A DNA stretch of 62,373 bases, the filler included. It is 15 parts of 15 records of this genome, joined end to end, with 100 filler letters (N's around TTAATTAATTAA, not from the genome) between each part and the next. Parts side by side here need not be neighbours in the genome. Positions count along the whole stretch, not along the records: positions 23,888 to 27,041 come from SRR7504441_65828; positions 27,142 to 32,098 come from SRR7504441_66152; positions 32,199 to 35,404 come from SRR7504441_66183; positions 35,505 to 41,801 come from SRR7504441_66184; 11 more parts are not named here. One strand, 5' to 3'. Shown piece after piece: positions 24,971-37,098 of the stretch (position 1 is the first letter of the stretch; each line of letters begins with the position of its first letter). The notes below the pieces were generated by a model, which was not told the origin of the DNA, ran no database searches, and saw nothing but the letters and a program-made list of their open reading frames with translations. The translations under genes were made by a program, and so were the position numbers.

Positions 24971-26692
24971 ATGGAGGCGGAGGATTCTGACGGGCTGTAC
25001 CTCATGTCCTGGAACGTGGCTGGGCTCAAGCCGACGCTCCGGCACATCCGGGCGCAGGACCGGCCGAACCGGTGGGAGGACTGGCTGCTCGGGCACAAGG
25101 TGGACATCCTCTGCCTGCAGGAGGTTAAGACCGACCGCCAGACCCTGGCCAACGCCCCGCTCGAGGCGGGGGCCCGGCTCGACGGCTACGAGAGCTTCTG
25201 GGCGCCGAACCAGCCCGAGAAAGGGGGCGGGCGCGGGCAGCGGGCCGGGCTGAACGGCGTGGCCACCATCGTCCGCAAGGGCCTGGTGCGCCGAGCCGAC
25301 AGCGCACCGCTCGGGGATCCGAGCCTGGACGCGGAGGGCCGGTGCATCCTGACTGACCACGGCAGGTTTGTGGTTTTCAACTGCTACGTGCCCAACAGCT
25401 CGGGAGGGCTGCGCGTGCCGTTCAAGATGCGCTGGCTGCGGGCGCTCCGGGCGGCCATGCAGCGGCAGCGTGCGGACGGCAAGGCGGTGCTGGTGGTCGG
25501 GGATATGAACATGCGCCACCGAGCGCTGATCGATGGGAGCTGGACCGGAGTGCCTCTCGATATCGGATGGCTGTCGGATCTGCCGGCCGACAAGATCCCA
25601 CCGGAGCTTCGGCCGGCGGTGGGCGAGATCAGCCGGCACTGGCCGGGGCTGAGCGAGCAGCTCCGGGGCAAGAGCCACCCGGAGCAGACCACTCGAGGTT
25701 CGACCAGTGGGAACGAGTGCCAGCGGTGGCGAGTGAGCGTGCCAGGCCGCTCCGGTGAGCCAGTGATACTGGGCAAGCCAATGCATGATGAGCTCGGGGC
25801 CCGGTCGAGCTTCTCTGTCGCGCAGTCCGGGGTGACCGAGGACGGCACTGTGCTGTTCGGAGAGGAAGCGCACGGCTGTGCGCACACACTCCGGCGGGAA
25901 GGGCAGCTCACCGCGCCCGAGCTGGCTGAGGCTATGTCCAAACTGCGGCAGGTGCAGCTCTCCGACGCTGAGCAACGCGGACTGGCGCACTTGGCAGCGA
26001 CGGCCCCGGCTGGTGTACAACAGTTCAGCTTGGCCCGGCACTATCTCTCGCAGATGATTGAACAGGAGAATCTGGTGGACGCGTTTGCCCACTTTTACCC
26101 GCAAGCTCGCCGGCGGGCCAGCTGCTGGGGGCAGTACGACAACTCGCGCTACTCCAACGCCGGCAGCCGGATTGATTATACGTTGGTGGATCGGCAGTTC
26201 TTTGAAGAATTCTGCCTGCGCGGCGCCCCCGGGCTCGATTGCGCGGGCCGGGATGACCTAGACCCCAACTCGGCCGAGGCAGCGCTGGCCGCGTGCACGC
26301 TCAACGGAAAGCACCAGCCGGTCTCGTTCGGGGGCGAGGGGCTGGCGGCGCTGATGCCGGCAGATTACAAGGCGCATTTCAGACCGGCCGGGACAGGGAT
26401 TGTTTACACACCGCCGCAGCTGTCGGACCACTGCGCTGTGACTTTACTCATCCGGAAGGCGGCGATCAGCGAACCGCTCAGCTTTACAGCAGACCAGGCC
26501 ACGCGAGTGTGCCAGCCACACGCGCAGATCAAGCCAATCACTAGCTTTTTTAAACCAAAGAGCGCAGGCAGTAAGGAGCAGACAAAGGAGCAGCCGAGCC
26601 GCAAGAGAGCCGCTGATAGCAAGCCCGTCGCCCCACCGCCAAAGAAGGGGACCATCACGGCGCTGTTTCAACGGAACAAGAACAATGCATGA
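24971..26692 (+). CDS. ExoIII-family AP endonuclease, APEX2/Apn2-like; intronless
   Basis: Motifs SWNVAG, ILCLQEVK, DAEGR, NCYVPN, VGDMN, GSRIDY and SDHCAV, plus a PIP-like QIKPITSFF near the C-terminus. Confidence 0.9.
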   Translation: MEAEDSDGLYLMSWNVAGLKPTLRHIRAQDRPNRWEDWLLGHKVDILCLQEVKTDRQTLANAPLEAGARLDGYESFWAPNQPEKGGGRGQRAGLNGVATIVRKGLVRRADSAPLGDPSLDAEGRCILTDHGRFVVFNCYVPNSSGGLRVPFKMRWLRALRAAMQRQRADGKAVLVVGDMNMRHRALIDGSWTGVPLDIGWLSDLPADKIPPELRPAVGEISRHWPGLSEQLRGKSHPEQTTRGSTSGNECQRWRVSVPGRSGEPVILGKPMHDELGARSSFSVAQSGVTEDGTVLFGEEAHGCAHTLRREGQLTAPELAEAMSKLRQVQLSDAEQRGLAHLAATAPAGVQQFSLARHYLSQMIEQENLVDAFAHFYPQARRRASCWGQYDNSRYSNAGSRIDYTLVDRQFFEEFCLRGAPGLDCAGRDDLDPNSAEAALAACTLNGKHQPVSFGGEGLAALMPADYKAHFRPAGTGIVYTPPQLSDHCAVTLLIRKAAISEPLSFTADQATRVCQPHAQIKPITSFFKPKSAGSKEQTKEQPSRKRAADSKPVAPPPKKGTITALFQRNKNNA

Positions 26693-27211
26693 GGCGGGCA
26701 TTCCTGTATGCGGTATTATACGTAAGATTTGACCAATTGGGCGCCCGACGCACTCGCACTAGGCGAGTGTACTGCATGTCGCCAACGTGTTCAATGCTGA
26801 CGTCTTGCACGAGTATGTGCTCGATGTTGCGGAGCTGTTCCTTGACAAGGCGAAGCGCCCGAACAATTGGGATAGGAACCTATGTGTGCGCATCCCATGG
26901 AACATGTTGATTGGGTTGACCAAGCCTTAGTAGTTAGTACGTAATACGTAGAGTAGCCTCCTGAAGGCGGAGGGGCATCGATCGGTGACTCCGGTCTCTA
27001 ATTAGATTTGATCAAGGTTTCCCATTGTTTATTGGGGGCACNNNNNNNNNNNNNNNNNNNNNNNNNNNNNNNNNNNNNNNNNNNNTTAATTAATTAANNN
27101 NNNNNNNNNNNNNNNNNNNNNNNNNNNNNNNNNNNNNNNNNACAGCCGTTGCGGAGGTCAGCCGAGCGGATTGGCGACATCAGCGGTAAGGCGCGCCTTG
27201 AACGGACGGGC

Positions 27212-29027
27212 ATGAGGCGCTCGATACTCGTCGCGCTATTGTGCTGGGCGGGACGGCTGGCGTTGGGTTTGCGGTTGGGGTTGGTGCTGCCGACGTTGCC
27301 GTGGACGTTCGGGCCGTACCAGTCTCAGGGCATGAAGCTGGCCCAGGTGCTGCACACCAGGCACCAGATGGAGGTCTATGTGATCCCGATCAACGAGAAC
27401 CTGCCCCAGGGGCCCAAGCACCGCTCGCCCGACCAGGTGGCCGCGCTGGTCGGGTGCGAGAAGCCGCCACCCAACTGGAAGCAGGCCGTGCACGTGGCCG
27501 GGTACATAGGGATCGACTGGGGCGGTCCGCTAAAGCGCGTGAGCCTGCTCAACCAGGCGGCGGGCGAGCACGGGCTGGAGGCGCTGGTCACGCTGATGGA
27601 CCTGAACATGCTTCTGCGCGACGAGGACTTTGGCCCGCCGGCCCTGGCCTGGTACCCGTACCACTTCGCCACTCTCAACCATGTCGACGCCTTCGCGTTG
27701 CGTGGCTACGCGGGCGTGGCCTCCCTGGCGCCGTCCAGCGCGCGGATCCTGGAGCGGCGGCTGGGCCGACTGCCTGTCCGAGTGATTCCGCACACGATCG
27801 AGCCAGATCTGCTGGCCGGAAACAAGCTCAAGCTGGACCGGGCCGAGCTGGGCCTGCCGGAGGGCGCGTTCATGGTGCTGCTGCAGGGCGGCAACTACCA
27901 GGTAGACGACCGCAAGGGCTGGGTGGTGGCGATTCAGGCCTTCCAGCAGATGCACGCCGCCCGCCCCGACTCTCACCTGTACATCCACGCAATCACGGAG
28001 CGGGCGATCCTCCGAAAGCACCGGCAGGGCGAGCCGCCGCAACAGGTCAAGAACAGCGGTGTGCCGCTGCTGCTGCTGCTGGACCAGCTCGGGCTGCCCT
28101 CGGAGGCGTACACACTGGTGACTGCGGTACTCCGGTCCGAGCGAGTGGCCGCCCTCAAAGAGCTAGCTGACGTGTGCCTTCACCCGAGCAAGACAGAGGG
28201 GTTTGGGATGAACGTGCTAGAGTGCCAGGTGATGCTTTAGAATGTCGGGCCTGTCAGTGACCCTACGGCAGGCGGTGGGCACCCCCGTGGTGAGCACGAA
28301 GTTCACCGCGATGGAAGACTACACTCGGTACGGGCTGGCTGTGCCGCCAGTCCAGCAGAGCTTCATGCAGCGTGGGATGGTGGCCCAGCCGCACCTGCCC
28401 GGCGTGATCAGCGCGCTGGAGCAAGTGTACAACCACTCCCGCGGGCTGCCCGCCGCCTCGATTGGCGACCGAGCCCAGACTGTCGCCTGGATTACGAAGG
28501 AGCTGTCGCCTGAGGCTGTCGGGGGCAAGTTTGCCAGCTGGATCAGAGAGCTGGTAAGCTCGGGCTCGAAACAGACCGTTCCGGCGAATGAAGCCAGGTT
28601 GAAGCCCTGCGCAGACTGCCCCGGCCCGGAGCCTCTCTACCACCACTTGACCGCGGATCAGACCAGCCCAGAGGACTGGGTGGCGCCCTGGATCCTAAGC
28701 TCGCCCGAAGCTGTCCAGTTCAATCATCTTGCGATCCAGGAGCTGCTCCGCCATATGGACTGGAGCCGGGTCGATGCGGTGTTTGTGCCTACACTCCGGG
28801 CGGATGGCACGCCCGTCCCGATTATGGACCCAGACTACCCAGGCCACGTCCACCCGGACAACGCCGTGCTGGTGCGGACCGCGCTGTTTGTGAATGGGCA
28901 GCTCAACAGCTTCCAACGGTATACGATCGTACAGCTCATCCTATCGGCGGGCGGCGGCAGCACCAAGCAAGTTCCGGTCGGCCTCGCCCGGTTTCCTGAA
29001 TCTCGTCAATCCAAGAGCGAACTTTAA
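27212..29027 (+). CDS. GT4-like (GT-B) glycosyltransferase with predicted signal peptide, intron 28229-28271
   Basis: Motifs VIPHTI, DRKGW and ADVCLHPSKTEGFGMNVLECQ|AVGTPVVST (EX7E motif), with a hydrophobic N-terminus. Confidence 0.85.
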
Positions 29028-29346
29028 AAGGTGGAATGAGCTCGTGCTCAAGCGTTAGATACATGCAGTACGGTACATAATAGGTACATGTATAAGTACT
29101 CTGAATTGCTCTATATAATAAATCGACTCTAGATACGCACAACCGCACAAAAGCACTTGATAGTGGTGGTCTCTGATTGTGTTGGCGACCCAATCTTATG
29201 CGCCGAATCTGGGGAGCGGCCGCAAGTACTCGTACGAGCAATCGTCCAGCGATCCACTGAGCAATAGTAATGATAACGTGATATGGATTTGATTCACAAT
29301 TAAATCACAATAATAAACACTCGATCTAGGGCAGGCCACCGGGGTA

Positions 29347-30050
29347 CTAACTGAATACGATCTGGGGCACTGGTCCGGCCAGCCGCGGGCAAACTCTCGG
29401 TGGGCGGGCCCTACTGTTATCGAGCCGCAGGTCCCTGATCAGCTCTGCCCCTCGGAGGCTCCACGGCGCCCGGGGTCCGGATCCGACCGACTTGCTCGTC
29501 CGGTACGGGAAGCTCAGTACGATCTGCTCCTGCCCGGTGATCAGCCCCTCGAACTGCTGGAAGGACATCCGGTCGTTGGCCCTGTCACACCAGAACCTGC
29601 CAGCCCGCTCAACCCTCCCCGGGCGAGAGCGCACGTATAGCGGTCGTTGGCCACCAGCTCGAACCGACCAGTCACCCGGGCCGAGCTCCTGTAGTCGCGC
29701 CGGGAATGGTCGGAGAGCCGGCAGGAGCCCACCGGCGGCTGGTTGCTCCCCCGGGCCCGGGCGGCCTCCGCGGCCGCAAACTCGAACCGGCCAGTGTTGA
29801 GGCAGAGCCGGAGCACCGCCGAGATCTCGAACAGCCCGGCCCCGTGCGGCGGGACCGCCTGGCGGGCCAGCATGTGCTCGCCCGGGACCGTCCGGCGGAC
29901 CGCGTACTCCCGGAGAGAGTCCGGGTGCCAGATCGCGCCCAGCGGGGCCACCGCAGGTGGGGCACAGAGCGGGGCCACCGGCGGGAAGTCCGGGAGGAGC
30001 TCGGTCTGCAGCGCCCGCTCCAGCTCGTCTAGCCTGCGGGACGAGCTCAT
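29347..30050 (-). CDS. Unknown protein, one mini-intron
   Basis: ORF 29541-30050 shifts into the frame ending at 29347 via a GT-AG intron near 29595-29635. It is head-to-head with the USP gene. Confidence 0.45.
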
Positions 30051-30141
30051 TGAAAGTTCGTTGACAGCGATTCCAGCGATTTGTTTCCGGAGGGGGAGTG
30101 GAACAAGGAGTTGCCGGGGCTACCCGGCCCCGCTCCACAGG

Positions 30142-31920
30142 ATGGGCTGTGTGCCGAGCAGCGACAGGAAAGAGTCGAATCCGGATGGCTCGCTCAGCCT
30201 CGCGGCCAAGCCGGCCGACGAGTTGTCCGCCGCGGCCGGCGAGGGCAGCAGCTCGACCGGTCCAAACCTGCCCACCATGCAGCCCGGCCCGATCCCAGCC
30301 AAGTCCTGGTGGCCGCCCGTATTTTTCAGCATCAACTCGGACTCGGCGGTGGTCTTCCGACGGTTCATGACCGCCGAGCTGTCGGCCGCCGCCCGCGCAG
30401 TCCAGCCGGGCGACCCGATCGTTGCGGTCGACGACCAGCCGGTCCTCGCCGGGGACAACCCGTCAAAGCTGATGGAGGCGCTGGTCGGGCCAGAGGAGAG
30501 CGCGGTCCGGGTCGAGTTCGCGGTGGACGATGGCGGGCGCCGAGTGCAGGTGGAGCTCACTCGGAGCGTGCCCGGGCGGCCGATCGCCGGGGCGGTTCAC
30601 GTGCGCGGGCTGGACAACCCGAGCAACTGCTGCTTTGTGAACGCCCCGATGCAGTGCCTGAGCCACACCTACCCAGCCATGGTCAGCTTCGTCTCCGGGA
30701 TGCGTTTGCCGGCCGGTTTGAGCGAGCAGGATACGCAGATGCACCAGATAGCAATCAGGTTTGCTGAGCTGGCCATGAGCATCACGGTGGACCAGCTGGC
30801 GGAGGGGGCCCAGCCGACGGTCGAGTTCCGCCAGGCGTTGGCGGCCCAGGTGGTGGGGTCCCGCTGGAGGGCGCTGAGTCGGGGCGGCAGGTCGAGGAGG
30901 TGCGGCCACCGGGGCGGCGGCAAGAGCAGGAGGACGCTCACCAGCTGCTAGTCCGACTACTCGACCTGATCGACAGCGCGCTGCTCGGGCCGGCAGTCAA
31001 CCTACCGGCCAGCGCTGAGCGCCGAAAGAAGGACGAAGAGAGCGCCACGACCGCGCTGAGGAAAGCGGAGATGAGTGTTTTCCAGAGCTACGAGGAGCCT
31101 GTGAACATGCTGTGCAACCTGGCCTGGGAGCGGGACATGACCCGGCGGCACGCGCTGGTGCAGCAGATGATGTGGGGCCAGTATGTCAAAGGGATCGGGT
31201 GCTACAAGTGCCGGCGGTGGGTCGAGGTCAGGCCAGAGGTGTACAACATGCTTGAGCTCCCAGTCCCCCCCCAGAGACGGTGAGCATCGCCCGGGGGCGG
31301 CATGCCAGCCGGGACAGGCCTGGGGCGGCGGAGATGACTATCAAGGTGCAGCAGTGCCTCGATTTGTTCTTTGACCAAGTAACTGCCGCGATTTGTGGCT
31401 CAGATTGACCGGCTCGCAGGAGAACTCGCGGAACACGCACGACCACGACATCAAGTGCCCGGCCTGCAACAAGTCAGGCGAGGTGCTCCAGAAGTACTCT
31501 TTGATTCGGATCCCGGCACACCTGGTGCTCGTGCTCAAACGGTACACGTTCACCTCAAGCACCAACCTGGCCAACGTCCGGGTGTCCAAGAACCTCACCA
31601 ACATAGAGCTGGTCGAGCAGCTCGACCTGCGCGAGCACGTGTTCGGGGCCGGCGACAACAAGAACTGCGGCGGCGAGGGCGGAGGGACGGTTTACGAGCT
31701 CGGGAGCGTCTGTGTGCACTTGGGCTCATCTCCTCGAAGCGGGCACTACGTGGCGCTTGTCAAGCACCTCGGCAAGTGGTGGCGGGTGTCCGACGAAAAG
31801 TTCCGGGAGTGCTCGCCGGCCGATTGGGACGAGGCTCAGAAGAATTGCTACATACTGTTTTATGATAAAGTGAGGACGTCACACGGGGGCGCGAGACAGC
31901 CGCTGGTGCCCGGGGTCTGA
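30142..31920 (+). CDS. Ubiquitin-specific protease with N-terminal acylation motif and PDZ domain, at least 3 introns
   Basis: N-terminus MGCVPS. PDZ-like VQPGDPIVAVDDQPV...LVGPEESAVRVEF. Cys box GLDNPSNCCFVNA, QEDAHQLL, LVLKRY, His box HLGSSPRSGHYVA, and YILFY. Confidence 0.88.
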
Positions 31921-32316
31921 AGCCGGGCGACGCTGGCGCGTGGAGGCATTCAGGGCTGTTCATCGGAGAGTCGTTGTGGCTTGATCCGCGGTTGCCTGTT
32001 GAATGTCCTTGGAATGTCGAGCTCTGCGGTAACTGTTGTTAGTGGCAATTCATTTGTAAGTTAAAACTATAAGTTTACATGGTTGTTAGAAGCGGAGGNN
32101 NNNNNNNNNNNNNNNNNNNNNNNNNNNNNNNNNNNNNNNNNNTTAATTAATTAANNNNNNNNNNNNNNNNNNNNNNNNNNNNNNNNNNNNNNNNNNNNAC
32201 AAGCAGTGGCTGGCCAACATATCAAACAATACGTACAATATGGTCCGAAATCACTACGAAATCACTTCATTTAATACATGTACTAAGTCTTGTATATCAT
32301 TTCCCTCTAATTTCCC

Positions 32317-35192
32317 CTATCCGCTCTCCACAATCGAGCTCAGAATGTCGTCTACCAAGTTTGCTCTCGACAGCGTGTCCCTCCGGCAAGCGCTCCCCGG
32401 CGTAGGCATCGCAAGCTCTGGGCTGGCCACCGCCTTGTTGGCTGGGGTGCTTGGGCAACTCTGCAGCGGTTCCTTGACATTTGGTGCCTCTTGGAAGCTA
32501 GCATCCACGAAGCTGATCATGTCAAGCAGCTTGGCTCTCACTTTGGCAGCAGACGACTCGGTCTGCGGTACAAATCGCAGCGCCTTTTGGCACCACTGCT
32601 GGGCGGCCTGGGACTGGCCCAGCTCAACCAGGCCTGCAGCACAATGGAAAACAGTGCTACCAGCCTCCACGTCCACAGGTTCGATTGCTGTTCCCTCTGC
32701 CATTTCCACCGCTTTGTGCAGCGCAACGGCCTTCTCAGTCCCGCCACTCGTCATTGCCAGCCTCAGCCACAGCTTGGCCAGCCGCCGATGTCGCGGAGTG
32801 CTCTGTTCAAAGCTCTCGATTGCAGCCTTGAAATGCACCAGGCAACCGGCCCAATCCTTGCGGGCGGCACACACCATCCCAAGCTCAGCTTGTAGATCGC
32901 TCTCCAGCAGCGGCCGGTGGGCCGCCAGCTGGGCCACTTGCTGCTGCATGGCTTGCACATGCGTCTCCCAGCCGGCAGTGCCGCTGCTGGCCTGTGCGAC
33001 CGCCAAAACCATCTCTGCTTGGGCCAGGAGCACCTGGTCTGTGGCGCCACACTCTAGTGCCTTCCGAGCGAGCGCACTGGCCAGATCAGCCTCATAGGCA
33101 GCCAGCGCCGCGCCGGCCAGCTCCACACAGAGCATGCAGGCCTCCTCAGCCGCACCGCAGCTGGTCAGGAGCTGGAGCGCAGGCTGGACTGGGCAGCCGG
33201 GGATAGACTGGCAGTAGAGCATGGCATCAGCGGACCGGATTCGTGCAGTGATTTGAGTCACGTCTTCGAGCTTGAAACGGATCGGTCGGGCAACAGCAGC
33301 CGCATTCACCTTAACTCCAGCCAGCCGAGCAAGGGCTGAGAGGACCAGTGGCCACAACGGCAGTAAATTTTGCAGCTGGGCAGCGCACCCGAATCGCTCC
33401 AGCATTGCGCCTGCCACCTGCTCAGACCACCAGCTCCTGTCGTCAGCTTCGTCTGGGGCAAAGCAGCTGTTGAGGACCGAGACAGCCACCCTGCGATGGG
33501 CCTCTGTGTCGTCCAGGGGCAGGCATCGCCACTGGGCCTCCAGGTGTGTCTTGATTACCCGAGCGAGCACCTCTGCGGACACCAACTCGGCCAGGTGAGG
33601 AGGTATGTCCATCTGCCAGGACCGTCATCCAAAGCACTCAAGCTAGCCAAGATACCTGCCCAAGCGCCCCGAGGTAGCGCATGTTGACCCCGGCGCTGTG
33701 CATGGCTTGAGCCAGACTCAGCCCATTGTACACCCTGACTGCTTGAGTGTTCAGACTGGCCGCCAGCTCAGGCAGCTGGGTTGAATGCAACATCGAGGCT
33801 GCCGCCACTACAGCAAGATCCTGCTGTTCTTGATCCTCTAGAAACCCACAGAATGCGTTCACTGACACACAGGCCGGCAGCGTTGCCAGCAGCTCAGGTC
33901 GTAGCTGCCGTTGACAGGCCAGTAACGTACCGCCTGCCGCCCGGTCAGCCTGCTCAATCCAGCTGGCCGGCACCGCTCACATCAGGTGGCATGATCCTGC
34001 CGAAGTTATGCAGATAGAACCGACCGTCATGCCCGAAGAAGAGCTGGATCTCCCACGGCATGCGAATTGATGTCCCGGCCCCAGCGATTTCAGCAGGTCC
34101 GAACTTGAGACGGTCAGCCAGCCCGCGGAGAGCTTGGGCACAGCCGTAGTCGCGCTGAATCTGCACCATCTGGCCATCCTCCTGCAGCGCCACCACCGGG
34201 CACAGAGTAAGAATTGGCGTGAGTGCACGGGCCAGCACAGCCCTTCCAGCTCTCTGGTATAGACAGCACAGCGGAGTAGCCAGCCGGGGCTGACTGTGCT
34301 CGGCACGTATGATTCCGGCCAGCATGGCGGCGGCCTTGACCTCTTGCAGCAGCGCCTTGCAGTTTGGAGGTGCATCCTCATCCTCGTCTTGCTGCAGTCC
34401 AGCTGACTCGACAGCTAGCTTGTAGACCACCCCGGCCTCTACCGCAACCTTGGTTTGTAAGAAGACCGAATCGCTCAGCAGCTCCTCTGCCCGCCGGCTG
34501 GCGAAGCGGACGAACCGGTCGGCGTGCTCAAGCAGCCGGCCAGTGTCGCCAGCCTCCACGAGCTGCTGGTACATTTCGTTCCAGTCCTCACCATGAACAC
34601 TATCCGGGGTGGTGGCATCCAGTGGCAACTTGGCCGCCAGCAGCTTCTCACCGGTCGACAGCCGGCGGCTCGGTGAACCGTCCAGACGCTCGAGCTGCCC
34701 TGCGCTCTCCGCCTGTTTGAACGGTGTGGGTGTTCCCCGCGGCCTCATTGGGCTGGCTGCGACCGGCGTCACGGACACTGCAGGTGAGGCGGACACGTTG
34801 ACCGCCGGCGGGGATGCCGGCGTCTCGCGTGGGGAGCAAGTCCACTCGTCGAGCCGTTGGATCCACCGCAGGCGCTCTGTGCCTGACTTGGCCGCCAAAT
34901 AGTATGCCCTAGCCTCCGTGAGCACCACCAGCACATGCTCCCGACCGAATCGCTCGTCTGGCATCGCCCGGATCGCTGAGGTTTCCAGTGGCACCTGGTT
35001 CCGCGGTGGGCCGCGGCGTTGGCTATCATCGTAGTAGGCTAGCTCGCCATCGTCAGTGAGCACGAAGTAGTAGCGCTTCCAGCGCTTAATGAGGCTGTTT
35101 GAGGTGTACTTGTCCAGGTAACCGGCCTCGACCACCGAACCGCCCGGCGATGGGCTGCCGTCCCGGTCACGACATCTGCAGGAACTGCGCAT
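32317..35192 (-). CDS. PH + Clu-like domain + TPR-like helical protein, 2 introns
   Basis: PH: EAGYLDK...WKRYYFVL...ERLRWIQRL. Clu-like: DWNEMYQ, LATPLCCL, GHDGRFYLHNFGRIMPP, LRPELL, MHSAGVNMRYLG, EVLARVIK. The start is uncertain. Confidence 0.75.
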
Positions 35193-35504
35193 CTTTCTCA
35201 ACGCAACAACCGAATCATATTTTCCCATGGATGCAGTATGAACATACTCGTACGCAGTAAAGGTATTTACAAGTACTTCATATTTATAAACTTGGAACCT
35301 AGGTTGTGGGCGACGCATAAACCCGTGTTCAAGCGTGTCGAGCCCATGTCCAATGCATGTCCCCTCGCCACGACCGCGACACCGGGGCGAATCACGCTTG
35401 GTGGNNNNNNNNNNNNNNNNNNNNNNNNNNNNNNNNNNNNNNNNNNNNTTAATTAATTAANNNNNNNNNNNNNNNNNNNNNNNNNNNNNNNNNNNNNNNN
35501 NNNN

Positions 35505-36901
35505 CAGAGGAAGTGGGTAGCTGGATGCAAGAACTAGAGAAAGTACTGGCTGAAAAGGCTGAGCGGCTTGCTGATTTTGCCGAAGACTTCCAACCCCCTG
35601 AGATCAAAGTGCAGCGCAAGTGGAAGCTCGAGCGGAGTGACTAACTAATCCTAGCCGCGCCCAAATACATTGCTCACGAGAGGGCCAGGATGCGCCACAA
35701 AGCTCGATGAGATGCTGAGCAGCGTGACCGACCTCGAGCTGACTGAAGGTGCGCCAAAAGTTGCGGGCCTCTTTGAGAGCTGGCGCAGGCGAGCAAGCAG
35801 TGGTGGAAAAGTTGAAATTGGATGAGGAGGATTCGCTGACAATCCAAATTCAGCGGTTGAAGTATGAGCTCATCAAGCACGACGACGAAGTGCGTGCCCT
35901 CGCATGCTTGATTTGATTTGCCTGACTGCTGATCCGAACAGGTAGCGGTGATTGACGCCGAGGTCCGCATGCTAGCAGAAAATTACCCCAAAGTTATGAA
36001 TATGCAGATGTCCTCCGACCAATGGGTTGGAGCTAAGAACTCTTCGGAGCAGATTTTGCAGTTCCCTGCCTTTGTGCACAATGCCGTGCTCTATCTCGAG
36101 AAAGAGCTACAGAGCACTGCCGAGGCTCTCAAGTATTACATTACTAGCTTGGACCGTGAATACAAGAGTGTAACTCAGAAGATGTGGTGCCGTAATAGTT
36201 GCAACTTGGAACAGCTCACAACATTTGACGCCTCCAACTCGGGAACTACTCATTCCACCAAAAAGCATAGGAAGCGCAAGCAAAAGTACCCTTACATTGA
36301 CAAGCTCCTAGCGCTTTTCAAGGACGATGAGTATGTCCGCCTGCGATTAGTCCGAATTGAGCAGTTGCTGGACCAGTGGTCCGGAATGGCTAGTTATCCG
36401 TATAACCCCCACTCGCTCGACACGCCAGCTGAGGTTGCAGCTGCCGCCCTCAGTGGCAAGAAGCGCTGTTGGACTCGGCTAATAATACTGCACGAGCGTG
36501 AGTTGGAGGCAGACAAGGGCCTGTCTAAGATAGTAGACGACTTGCATGAGAACAAACCCCGCAAAGACAAGGTGCAAAGATCGTGCCAATGCATCATGCA
36601 CCGCGAGATTTCTGGGCAGAAGAATACACAGCTGTTCATCCAGAGCTTGATGGAGCGGCTCGAAAACCCTATGCCCGAGGATGAACCGGCTGGAACCCCC
36701 ACCAGTGGCACAAAGACAAGAAGGGACGGCTATGCGAAGATTGACGCTAGCGAAGAGGCTGGCAACAAAACCTCAAAAAGTAGATCATGGTTTCGTCGAT
36801 GGTTTAGAGGAGATGAGAAAGCACCAATTGCTCAAAGCGCAAGCGAATCGTGGTTCAAGGGCGAGAAAGGAACAGAGCTGTACATGAGTATAGCGTCTTG
36901 A
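35505..36901 (+). CDS. Unknown helical protein, 3' part (spliced)
   Basis: A 317-codon terminal exon, preceded by short exons and introns from the contig edge. Confidence 0.5.
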
Positions 36902-37098
36902 CAACTATCAACGTTCTAGCAACGTTCGATCTTGTCTCGGAATCTAGCTAATAATACTATAGGGCACGTCAAATGTAGTAAAAATGCAGTTTAGGGATTG
37001 ACGAGCTATTGATTTCGGTTGACTTAATAATCGGGAACTATTTTGTACGCTATTTGTGCGCTATTTGTGCGCGGAACTATCGTAACCAAAAATAAATA

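Noticed and set aside
24692-26104. Long antisense or overlapping ORFs (e.g. 470 aa here, 392 aa at 42140, 377 aa at 39330)
   Set aside because: These are shadow frames expected from high GC and codon bias opposite real genes, and they carry no recognisable motifs.
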